DNA from: a bacterium
Lineage (GTDB): Bacteria > Patescibacteriota > Minisyncoccia > Moranbacterales > UBA2206
Direction: 5' to 3'
NCBI GenBank assembly: GCA_021789395.1
Contig: JAJYJP010000002.1
Coordinates: 1-32,478, forward strand
Length of the DNA: 32,478 nt
How positions within the stretch are numbered: position 1 is the first letter of the stretch; each line of letters starts with the position of its first letter. Below the pieces are notes generated by a model. The model was given only the letters and a program-made list of their open reading frames with translations. It searched no databases and was not told the DNA's origin. Positions 9,229 through 16,683 of the stretch are shown one piece after another. Position numbers and translations under genes: made by a program.

Positions 9229-10869
9229 ATGAAGAACAATAGAAAGTATATCTTTGTAGTTGGGGGAGTCATGAGCGGTGTAGGCAAAGGCATCACCACT
9301 TCATCGATCGGAGCCATCCTAAAAGCGCGCGGTTTCAACATCACTGCCATGAAGATCGATCCGTACATCAATGTCGACGCCGGTACAATGAACCCAACCG
9401 AGCACGGAGAAACTTTTGTCCTTGATTCGGGACTAGAAACTGATCAAGACATGGGAAATTACGAACGTTTCATGAATCTTACGCTGCCTCCGGAGAATTA
9501 CATGACGACCGGAAGCGTATACGAAACTGTTATTCATCGCGAAAGAAATCTCGAATACGAAGGCAAGTGCGTGGAAGTTGTTCCCCATATTCCACTGGAA
9601 GTCATTCACAGAATTGAAACAGCCTCTGAAAAAGCCGAATCGGATATCACTATCGTCGAAATCGGAGGAACCGTAGGCGAATATCAAAACATCCTTTTTC
9701 TAGAGGCAGCCAGAATGATGAAAATAAAACATCCGGACGATGTAATTTTTGTAATGGTTAGTTATCTTCCAATTCCTTCAAAGGTGGGAGAAATGAAAAC
9801 CAAACCTACTCAGTACGCAGTTAGGACGCTGAATGGTGCTGGAATTCAACCGGACTTCATCATAGCCCGAAGTGAAACCTTTTTGGACGAAAAAAGAAAA
9901 GAAAAACTAGGTATGTCATGCAATATTCCGGAAAAATATGTAATTTCCGCCCCGGACATTGAAAGTATTTATGAAGTTCCGGTAAACTTTGAACGTGATG
10001 ATCTCAGCCGGTTGATCCTTAAAAAACTCGGGTTAAAATACGCAAAGACCGACCTCCAAAAATGGTATGGTTTGGTAGACAACATCAAACACCCGAATGG
10101 CAAAGTCAAGATAGGAATTGTCGGAAAATATTTCGGCACGGGAGACTTCGTCCTGTCTGATGCATATATAAGCGTGATAGAAGCGATCAAGCATGGAGCC
10201 TATGCCAACAAAGTCAAGCCTGAGATCGATTGGATTAACAGCGAATTATACGAAAAAGAGCCGAACAAACTCCAAGAGCTTACAAAATATGACGGCGTGG
10301 TTGTTCCAGGAGGTTTCGGTTCACGCGGCATCGAGGGAAAAATCAAGGCCATTGAATTTCTCCGGACCAACAAAATTCCGTTCCTCGGACTTTGTTATGG
10401 GATGCAATTGGCAGTGATCGAATTTGCCCGTGACGTTCTGGGACTAAAAGATGCCCACACTACCGAAGTCGATCGCAATACGAAAAATCCGGTCATTGAT
10501 ATAATGCCGGAACAAAAAAAGAACTTGGAAGACAAGAATTACGGCGCCACCATGCGTTTGGGCGCTTATCCCGCAGAATTGGCGAAAGGAACCATAGCAT
10601 ATAAAGCTTATGGAAAATCTAAAATTTCCGAACGGCACAGACACCGCTGGGAAGTAAATCCGGAATATATTGCAAGATTAGAAAAGGCCGGATTGATATT
10701 TTCCGGGAAATCGCCAGACAAAAAGCTTATGGAAATCACCGAACTGCCGCAAAGCATCCATCCGTTCTTCTTGGCGACCCAATTTCACCCGGAACTCAAA
10801 TCCAAACCGCTTGATCCGCATCCGCTATTTGTCGAATTTATCAAAACCTGCTTTCAAAACAAGAAGTAG
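9229..10869 (+). CDS. pyrG: CTP synthase
   Basis: 546-aa ORF. N-terminal KYIFVVGGVMSGVGKGITTSSIG and the glutamine amidotransferase motif PFLGLCYGMQLAVIEFAR. Confidence 0.97.
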   Translation: MKNNRKYIFVVGGVMSGVGKGITTSSIGAILKARGFNITAMKIDPYINVDAGTMNPTEHGETFVLDSGLETDQDMGNYERFMNLTLPPENYMTTGSVYETVIHRERNLEYEGKCVEVVPHIPLEVIHRIETASEKAESDITIVEIGGTVGEYQNILFLEAARMMKIKHPDDVIFVMVSYLPIPSKVGEMKTKPTQYAVRTLNGAGIQPDFIIARSETFLDEKRKEKLGMSCNIPEKYVISAPDIESIYEVPVNFERDDLSRLILKKLGLKYAKTDLQKWYGLVDNIKHPNGKVKIGIVGKYFGTGDFVLSDAYISVIEAIKHGAYANKVKPEIDWINSELYEKEPNKLQELTKYDGVVVPGGFGSRGIEGKIKAIEFLRTNKIPFLGLCYGMQLAVIEFARDVLGLKDAHTTEVDRNTKNPVIDIMPEQKKNLEDKNYGATMRLGAYPAELAKGTIAYKAYGKSKISERHRHRWEVNPEYIARLEKAGLIFSGKSPDKKLMEITELPQSIHPFFLATQFHPELKSKPLDPHPLFVEFIKTCFQNKK

Positions 10870-10889
10870 CCCCTAAAGACCAGAAACTA

Positions 10890-10917
10890 AAAGAGCCTTC
10901 TAAAGGCTCTTTATTTT
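10890..10917. terminator. bidirectional intrinsic terminator between convergent pyrG and rpmA
   Basis: Perfect 10-bp stem AAAGAGCCTT (10890-10899) / AAGGCTCTTT (10903-10912), loop CTA. A-run upstream and T-run downstream. Confidence 0.8.
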
Positions 10918-10926
10918 GTCCAAAAT

Positions 10927-11208
10927 TTATTTAGCTTCCTCGACCGAAACAAATTTTCTTTCTACCAATTTCCCCGTAAACAGTTTGATCTTCTTGCTGT
11001 TGAATTTTACAACACCGTTTTTCATCGCAAACAAAGTGTCATCCTCGGCGCGCTTCACATTTTTTCCAACCCTGAATTTAGTACCTCTTTGTCTGACAAT
11101 GATTTGGCCTGCCTGAACTTTCTGCCCTCCAAAAATTTTAACGCCCAGTCTTTTCGAAATCGAATCTCGGCCTAATTGGGTAGATCCGCCGGCTTTTCTA
11201 TGTGCCAT
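10927..11208 (-). CDS. rpmA: 50S ribosomal protein L27
   Basis: [45 protein letters not shown] is the canonical L27 sequence. No N-terminal Prp-cleaved extension. Confidence 0.97.
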   Translation of the reverse strand: MAHRKAGGSTQLGRDSISKRLGVKIFGGQKVQAGQIIVRQRGTKFRVGKNVKRAEDDTLFAMKNGVVKFNSKKIKLFTGKLVERKFVSVEEAK

Positions 11209-11215
11209 ATGAGTG

Positions 11216-11244
11216 ATTAGAAATTAAAAGCGCATTTTGCGCAA
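11216..11244 (-). promoter_or_regulatory. promoter TTGCGC-17-TCTAAT on minus strand, -10 ends 7 nt before the rpmA ATG (leaderless-type)
   Basis: Minus strand: -35 TTGCGC (comp. 11239-11244), -10 TCTAAT (comp. 11216-11221), ATG at comp. 11206-11208. The -35 lies inside the small palindrome GCGCA-TTT-TGCGC (11230-11242). Confidence 0.5.
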
Positions 11245-11294
11245 ATAACCCTTAAGATTAGCTTTAATTTAACCGCATAGCCATTATAGCAGAT

Positions 11295-11305
11295 TGTGGT
11301 ATAAT
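11295..11305 (+). promoter_or_regulatory. extended -10 promoter TGTGGTATAAT, -10 ends 7 nt before ATG 11313 (leaderless-type)
   Basis: TGTGG at 11295-11299 plus TATAAT at 11300-11305. The first ATG of the ORF track (11304) overlaps the -10 box, so the second ATG (11313) is the likely start. Confidence 0.55.
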
Positions 11306-11312
11306 GTCAATA

Positions 11313-11720
11313 ATGGCCAAAATAAAAGATTTTTTAAATAGGCACGAGTCTAAAATCATTCTGATATTCGGACTTGTTTTGGTAGCGGTAATTTCTTTCG
11401 AAGGCGGAGTCCTGAAAGGAAAAACGATCCAAGACAACCCATTGGTCATCGAAAAAGCTCCCGCGAGCGTTCAAATTTCCAAACAAGACCTAATTGACAG
11501 CGCCGACACGACCGGAGCTGAAACGGCCGTCTCCATAAAAAATTCACCTGCCGCAAACCCGGACTGCATATTTGTAGGAAGTAAAAATTCCAATATTTAT
11601 CACACACCGAATTGCCCTTGGGCCAAAAAAATCAAGCCGGAAAATATTGTCTGTTTCAAATCGGCCGATGAAGCTGCCGCCCGAGGGTACAAACCGGACA
11701 CAGCCTGCGTTAAACAATAA
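11313..11720 (+). CDS. membrane-anchored protein with C-terminal Ada-like / sunset Cys-rich metal-binding domain
   Basis: N-terminal TM helix (IILIFGLVLVAVISF) and a low-complexity linker. Then CIFVGSKNSNIYHTPNCPWAKKIKPENIVCFKSADEAAARGYKPDTAC, which fits the YH-x3-C...N-x3-F-x-S-x2-EA-x3-GY(K/R)P-x3-C pattern of the Ada N-terminal Zn domain. Confidence 0.7.
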   Translation: MAKIKDFLNRHESKIILIFGLVLVAVISFEGGVLKGKTIQDNPLVIEKAPASVQISKQDLIDSADTTGAETAVSIKNSPAANPDCIFVGSKNSNIYHTPNCPWAKKIKPENIVCFKSADEAAARGYKPDTACVKQ

Positions 11721-11731
11721 ATTTCATAATA

Positions 11732-12427
11732 ATGGATAAAAAAATCGTAATTATCTCGCTCGGAGGATCGCTAATCGTACCAGAGGAAATAGATTGGGAA
11801 TTTATTAAAAAGTTCAAGTCGCTTATAGAGAATCAGATCACAAAAGGATACAAATTTATCCTTATTACGGGCGGAGGAAAGGCGGCTCGCAAATATATTG
11901 AGGCCGCCGCCAAAGTAGCCGCCATCACCACCGAAGACAAGGACTGGTTAGGCATCCACGCCACCCGGATGAATGCTCATTTCATCCGCACCATTTTCCG
12001 CGAGCATGCCCATCCGCGCATCAATAAGAACCCGCACGATTTGGAAGATTTTTACAATTTCAAAGAAGACATTCTGGTCGCGGCCGGTTGGCGGCCGGGA
12101 TTTTCCACTGACTATGACGCCGTGGTATTGGCCAAATATCTGGACATAAAGAACATTGCCAACCTGTCCAACATCGATTATGTCTATGACAAAGATCCGC
12201 GCAAATTTCCGGACTGCAAAAAAATTGAAAATATAAACTGGAAAGAATTCCGAAAAATGGTAGGGGACACATGGGATCCAGGCATGAATGCGCCTTTTGA
12301 TCCGATCGCCTCGAAATTGGCTGACGAAGAAAATATAGAAGTTGCAATCATGAATGGAAAAAACCTCGACAATCTGGAAAAATATCTTAATGGCGAGCGC
12401 TTTGTCGGCACCGTAATCAATAACTGA
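11732..12427 (+). CDS. pyrH: UMP kinase, archaeal-type (amino-acid kinase fold)
   Basis: 231-aa ORF. IVIISLGGSLIVPEEIDWEFIKKF...ILITGGGKAARKYIEAA...GWRPGFSTDYDAV parallels archaeal PyrH. Confidence 0.85.
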   Translation: MDKKIVIISLGGSLIVPEEIDWEFIKKFKSLIENQITKGYKFILITGGGKAARKYIEAAAKVAAITTEDKDWLGIHATRMNAHFIRTIFREHAHPRINKNPHDLEDFYNFKEDILVAAGWRPGFSTDYDAVVLAKYLDIKNIANLSNIDYVYDKDPRKFPDCKKIENINWKEFRKMVGDTWDPGMNAPFDPIASKLADEENIEVAIMNGKNLDNLEKYLNGERFVGTVINN

Positions 12428-12447
12428 ATAAACGCTTAAATAAGCCA

Positions 12448-12478
12448 AAATACCTCTGCTTCCGGGGGTATTTTTTTG
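12448..12478 (+). terminator. intrinsic terminator after pyrH
   Basis: AAATACC (12448-12454) pairs with GGTATTT (12467-12473), extendable inward, followed by a T7 run. Confidence 0.6.
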
Positions 12479-12493
12479 TACCTGTTCCGACCA

Positions 12494-12522
12494 TTGACAA
12501 AAGGTGAAATGTATGATAAACT
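12494..12522 (+). promoter_or_regulatory. promoter TTGACA-17-(TGa)TAAACT for the two-component operon, about 80-nt AT-rich leader
   Basis: Consensus -35 TTGACA at 12494-12499, 17-nt spacer ending in TGA (extended -10), TAAACT at 12517-12522. ATG at 12610. Confidence 0.6.
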
Positions 12523-12609
12523 TTGTCGTTACTAGAGTATGGATTTTAATATTTTTTTAATGACCAGTCAGGTATATTAAAACAATATTAAATATTAATT
12601 TTCAAAAAA

Positions 12610-13278
12610 ATGAGAATCCTAGTCGTCGAAGACGAACCAGCCATCGCAAGAATCATAAAAAGCGGCCTTTCCAAAAGCGGCCACATTGTCGATACCGTCG
12701 AAGATGGAGAAGAGGCGAAAAACCGCGTCGAAGTATATGACTATGACGTAATTATTCTTGACGTGATGTTGCCTGGTGCGGACGGATATGAAGTTTGTTA
12801 CCATATCCGGAATTTGGGACTTAACTCAAAAATAATCATGCTCACCGCCAAAGACGACATCGACAGTAAAGTTTCCGGACTGAATGTGGGCGCTGATGAC
12901 TATATGACCAAGCCATTTTCGATCAACGAACTGGAAGCACGGGTGCGCGCCCTGGCCCGACGCGAGAAGATTTTTCACAGCACGAAACTAAAAATCGGAA
13001 ATCTCACGATCGACCAATCCACCAAAACAATTGCTGTCAACAAAAAGTTTCTAAAGGTCAGTCTGACTGAATATCGCTTACTGGAATATCTGATCCGCCA
13101 TCGCAATGAAGTCTGTTCGCGGACCATGCTCAATGAGAATGTCTGGGGAGACAAAGATCACATATCCAATGTGATTGATGCCACGGTCAGCAAGTTAAGG
13201 ACGCGCATAAAGAAACTGAACAACGGCAAAGACATAATCCACACCGTACCCAAATCCGGGTACAGGATAATCGACTAA
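12610..13278 (+). CDS. OmpR/PhoB-family response regulator (REC + winged-helix)
   Basis: MRILVVEDEPAIARII...DVIILDVMLPGADG...MLTAKD...GADDYMTKPF, plus C-terminal LTEYRLLEYL...VSKLRTRI...TVPKSGYRI. Confidence 0.93.
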   Translation: MRILVVEDEPAIARIIKSGLSKSGHIVDTVEDGEEAKNRVEVYDYDVIILDVMLPGADGYEVCYHIRNLGLNSKIIMLTAKDDIDSKVSGLNVGADDYMTKPFSINELEARVRALARREKIFHSTKLKIGNLTIDQSTKTIAVNKKFLKVSLTEYRLLEYLIRHRNEVCSRTMLNENVWGDKDHISNVIDATVSKLRTRIKKLNNGKDIIHTVPKSGYRIID

Positions 13279-13281
13279 GCC

Positions 13282-14463
13282 ATGAAGGAAAAACAAGTAC
13301 CGCTTCTATCTAAGCATAAAATGATCCGCAATGTCATTGATAATGCTCATGCCGGAATAAATATTTTCGACCGCAAAGGTCGACGGATATTTGTTAATCC
13401 TTATTATTACAAACTTTCCGGCAGAAAGTCTGGGACGCGTTTTCCGGTAACCATGCAGGGCGCCACCGATAAGTTTTTGTGGGTAAAAGTGCAGGAAACA
13501 ATAAAGACCGGCAAAGTTTTTGAATTTTACAACCGCATCTACGCTTCCAAATTCCGAAAGGCGCCGATCTATAACGACGTTTTGATTGGGCCGATCAAAG
13601 ACAAGGACGGTACGATCACGGGCGCTTATGCCATCACCGAAGACGTAACCGCTCGGGTCAAAGCAAGAAAAAAAGCGCTTGCCTTAACCCGAACGCTTGA
13701 AAAAAAAGTCAAAGAACGAACGGAAAAATTAAACCGAGCCAACCAAAAACTTAAAAAAACAGCAGATGAAAAGACGATGCTCGTATCGCATGTCGCCCAT
13801 GAGATCAAAACCATCCTGACGATCATAAAAGGCAACATTGAGATCATAAACGGCGCAAGAAAAGAAAGAAATCCGTTGGCATTAGAATCCTATCAGGAAA
13901 TTGACCGGGAAATAATCAAATTGAGCAAGATTGTTTCTGATCTTGTTTTTGTGACCAAATCAGAAGCCTATTCAAACCTTTTTAAGATTGAACAATTTGA
14001 CATCTGCGAAGTTATTGACGATGTGATCAGGGAACATCGCGTTCTCAACAAGGATAAAAATTTTAAAATTTCCTTGATTTTGAAATCGCCACGGCCGATC
14101 AAGATTTATGCCGACCAAACCAAAATCCAGACCCTAATTTCAAATATGATCGAGAACGCGATAAAATACGGAAAAGAAAACGGCAAATTGCAAATACTGG
14201 TCTATAGAGAGAGAAATAATATCCATTTGACCTTTAAAGATAATGGTCAGGGAATCTCTCCAGAAAATTTGGAATACATTTTTGATCCGTTTTTTCAAGC
14301 CAGAAAGACCAACAATTCAAAGATTATCCGCGGATTCGGCCTAGGATTGGCGATTTGCAAAAAAATCGTAACCGGCCATAAAGGCGAAATCAAGGTGAAC
14401 AGCAAATTGGGAAAGGGGACTACTTTTTACATAACACTTCCTTGCAAAAAATCAAAAAATTAA
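13282..14463 (+). CDS. soluble sensor histidine kinase (PAS + coiled coil + HisKA + HATPase_c), no TM segment
   Basis: 393-aa ORF. H-box LVSHVAHEIKT, N-box IENAIKYG, G1 FKDNGQGI, F-box FDPFFQ, G2 GFGLGLAICKKIV. N-terminal PAS-like region of about 130 aa. No hydrophobic helix. Confidence 0.9.
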   Translation: MKEKQVPLLSKHKMIRNVIDNAHAGINIFDRKGRRIFVNPYYYKLSGRKSGTRFPVTMQGATDKFLWVKVQETIKTGKVFEFYNRIYASKFRKAPIYNDVLIGPIKDKDGTITGAYAITEDVTARVKARKKALALTRTLEKKVKERTEKLNRANQKLKKTADEKTMLVSHVAHEIKTILTIIKGNIEIINGARKERNPLALESYQEIDREIIKLSKIVSDLVFVTKSEAYSNLFKIEQFDICEVIDDVIREHRVLNKDKNFKISLILKSPRPIKIYADQTKIQTLISNMIENAIKYGKENGKLQILVYRERNNIHLTFKDNGQGISPENLEYIFDPFFQARKTNNSKIIRGFGLGLAICKKIVTGHKGEIKVNSKLGKGTTFYITLPCKKSKN

Positions 14464-14503
14464 TTTAACAATTTGTTAATGGTCAAACCGTTATAATTTA
14501 ATC

Positions 14504-14690
14504 AGACTTTGAGAATATCCAAGGAGGGATATTTTGAGGATCAAGCGACGAATGGTAGGAGGGCTAATTGCAAGATAGAAATTAGCGGCCAATTTCGAAA
14601 AATTGTCTCAAAGCATTCGTTTGATCTGATAACAAATCAATTCTTGATTTTGTATAAATTAAAAGCCCGGGCTTCCCGGGTTTTTAATTT
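14504..14690 (+). ncRNA. candidate structured small RNA (unassigned family); strand tentative
   Basis: TATAAT at 14492-14497. Hairpin 14512-14535 with loop AAGGAG. A 13-bp long-range helix 14539-14554/14614-14626 encloses hairpins 14563-14586 and 14590-14605. Hairpin 14635-14649. Terminator 14661-14685 plus T-run. No downstream gene on either strand. Confidence 0.35.
14661..14690. terminator. bidirectional intrinsic terminator between the convergent kinase/sRNA candidate and the nuclease gene
   Basis: AAAAG-CCCGGG (14666-14671), loop CTT, CCCGGG (14675-14680), then TTTTTAATTTT. A/T runs on both sides. Confidence 0.8.
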
Positions 14691-14694
14691 TCAG

Positions 14695-15819
14695 TTATTT
14701 TTTCTTGACTGACAAGCTTTTTGTTTCCTTATCGACCACTCTGGCTTTTTCTATTTCTTTCCGGTCAGCAAGAGGAAGCGCGTCCATAATATTTTTAAGA
14801 GCGATGCCATCGACTTTCAGGACGTCCTCCCACTTGTCCAAAGGTTCCAAAATATCCTTGATCTTTTTTTCGTCGTACTTATAAGTTCTACGGAGCGTTC
14901 TGGCAATCACGCCTTCACCGCCGAAGACCCTCTCCACGCCTTCTTGATCCATATAATTAATTATATCTTCCTGAAGTTTGGCCAGCCGGTCTTTGGTAAT
15001 TGTCATTGCCGACTTAAGCTCAATATATTCCTGAATATCCTTATTTATTTCTTCCGTATCGATTTTTCTCAGCCCTTTGAATTTATGTTTCCACATCGGG
15101 CATAAATTTTGATAGCCGCACCAGTCGCAAAGAGGGGAGATGAGCGGTTCGAATTTTTTTTCTTCGATCAGCTTGATCGTGTCTAAAAATAACTGCTCGC
15201 TTTTTTTAAGCTGATCAATGGTTCTGGTGGCCGAAAGTTTTACGCCGTGTTTGAGATAATAAAGACTGACTTTTAGTTTATCGATATTTTCAATCTCTTT
15301 AGGATAACGCGACAAAAAAGCCTTGAGATAAACCGACAACTGTAAATCATTATCCACTTTTTCCTGAGAAGGCATTTTTTTGGTAGTCTTATAGTCGATA
15401 ATTTCGTAGCCGTCTTCCGTCTTATCAATCCGGTCGATGATTCCGGAAATAATATGTTTGTCGTCACCGTCACCGATCTCAATTTGAAAACGAGTTTCCA
15501 GATCGACAATATTAAAATTGGCCGGATTATTTTTTTTGTAATAATCCTGAATGATTCTGATTCCCTGGGAAAAAGCAGCGCGTTCTTCATCAGGACTATC
15601 GAAAACCGCCGGATTCCAGGCGTTGGAAAAATGTTCCATTGCCTGATCCAAAGTAGGAGAAAGAATGCCTGGCGTATGGATGAATTTCATCGTCTCATGG
15701 ACCGTCGTGCCAAAAACCGCCTCTTTGGATTTGGGCGTCTTTATTTTATCGATTTCCTGGAATTTATATTTGAGCGGGCAGGATTGATAAGTGTCAAAAG
15801 CGCTATAGGATATACGCAT
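14695..15819 (-). CDS. PD-(D/E)XK nuclease with 4-Cys Fe-S cluster (Cas4/AddB-nuclease-like) plus a 130-aa C-terminal extension
   Basis: 374-aa ORF. C14 (YQSCPLKY), GIIDRID, EIIDYKT [(D/E)xK], QLSVYLKAF (QxxxY), C231-x2-C234-x5-C240 (CDWCGYQNLC). Confidence 0.8.
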   Translation of the reverse strand: MRISYSAFDTYQSCPLKYKFQEIDKIKTPKSKEAVFGTTVHETMKFIHTPGILSPTLDQAMEHFSNAWNPAVFDSPDEERAAFSQGIRIIQDYYKKNNPANFNIVDLETRFQIEIGDGDDKHIISGIIDRIDKTEDGYEIIDYKTTKKMPSQEKVDNDLQLSVYLKAFLSRYPKEIENIDKLKVSLYYLKHGVKLSATRTIDQLKKSEQLFLDTIKLIEEKKFEPLISPLCDWCGYQNLCPMWKHKFKGLRKIDTEEINKDIQEYIELKSAMTITKDRLAKLQEDIINYMDQEGVERVFGGEGVIARTLRRTYKYDEKKIKDILEPLDKWEDVLKVDGIALKNIMDALPLADRKEIEKARVVDKETKSLSVKKK

Positions 15820-15866
15820 AATATATCCATTTTAAGAAAAACTGGAATAAAAAGCAACCTGCCATA

Positions 15867-16151
15867 TTAAGAAGAAAAAGTCGAAACAATTTTACTAATC
15901 ATCTTTGCGAAAAATCCGTCAAGATCAGAAAGAACTTTATTTTTGGCAACGTCTGATTTTGACCGGACATTTTTTAGATTCTGACTTGGCGATTCAGTGG
16001 CATATATGAGGTCGACCGTCGCCAAATTAACATCAACGGTTTTTCGTGCCTGGCCATATGCGTAGGCTTTTGCCGAGGCAATATGCAGGCTCAAAAAAAT
16101 AGTCAATAAAACCACCGGCCATGTGATATTTTTATAAAATGTTCTGCCCAT
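15867..16151 (-). CDS. small secreted hypothetical protein (signal peptide)
   Basis: 94-aa ORF with an N-terminal hydrophobic segment WPVVLLTIFLSLHIASAKA (AxA-type cleavage site). No recognisable domain. Confidence 0.5.
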   Translation of the reverse strand: MGRTFYKNITWPVVLLTIFLSLHIASAKAYAYGQARKTVDVNLATVDLIYATESPSQNLKNVRSKSDVAKNKVLSDLDGFFAKMISKIVSTFSS

Positions 16152-16222
16152 ATCCTTAATCTTGAGCGAATTACTACCTTATTACCTGATTTATAAAATT
16201 TTATTTCAACAATGATCCGCTA

Positions 16223-16250
16223 TTGACTATCCGTAAATTTGCGCTATAAT
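16223..16250 (+). promoter_or_regulatory. promoter TTGACT-16-TATAAT of the iscR-iscS-iscU operon
   Basis: TTGACT at 16223-16228, 16-nt spacer, TATAAT at 16245-16250. ATG at 16284, with a weak AGGA at 16272-16275. Confidence 0.65.
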
Positions 16251-16259
16251 TCAAATGCA

Positions 16260-16272
16260 TACTAAATTAGTA
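16260..16272 (+). promoter_or_regulatory. perfect 6-1-6 palindrome TACTAA-A-TTAGTA, candidate Rrf2/IscR operator
   Basis: It lies 10 nt downstream of the -10 box, covering the start of the predicted transcript. Confidence 0.45.
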
Positions 16273-16283
16273 GGAAATAATCG

Positions 16284-16670
16284 ATGAAATTTTCAACCAA
16301 AGCTGAATACGGCCTGAAAGCCATGACCAACCTAGCCAAAAACTTTCCGGAGCAAAAAAGCATCAAAACCATTTCCCAAGAAGAAAAAATTTCCGCCAAA
16401 TATTTGGAACGACTGATCGGCAGTTTAAGGAAGAATAATTTAGTGGAAAGCTCCAAAGGCAAGTCGGGCGGATACGCTCTAGCACGCGATCCCAAAAAAA
16501 TCAAAGTGGGGGAAATCATCGAAATTCTCGAAGGACCGATCGCGCCGATGAAATGCGTCGGAAAATTTTGTTCCCTCGAGCATGCATGCGCTTCAAGCAA
16601 GGTCTGGACCAAACTGGCCGAACAGATAAAGCGAACTTTGGACGGTATTAATTTAAGCGATTTAATTTAA
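16284..16670 (+). CDS. iscR: Rrf2-family transcriptional regulator (IscR-like, three-Cys cluster ligand motif)
   Basis: MKFSTKAEYGLKAMTNLA...ISAKYLERLIGSLRKNNLVESSKGKSGGYALAR, plus CVGKFCSLEHAC. Confidence 0.85.
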   Translation: MKFSTKAEYGLKAMTNLAKNFPEQKSIKTISQEEKISAKYLERLIGSLRKNNLVESSKGKSGGYALARDPKKIKVGEIIEILEGPIAPMKCVGKFCSLEHACASSKVWTKLAEQIKRTLDGINLSDLI

Positions 16671-16683
16671 TCTTATAAATCAC

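Noticed and set aside
14509-14712. 67-aa TTG-initiated ORF inside the kinase/nuclease intergenic region
   Set aside because: It reads straight through the CCCGGG terminator hairpin and into the nuclease gene on the other strand. It has no good start context, and the region is better explained as structured RNA. The very short ORFs behind the AGGAGG motifs (14 aa from TTG 14534, 5 aa from TTG 14568) were also considered and judged unconvincing.
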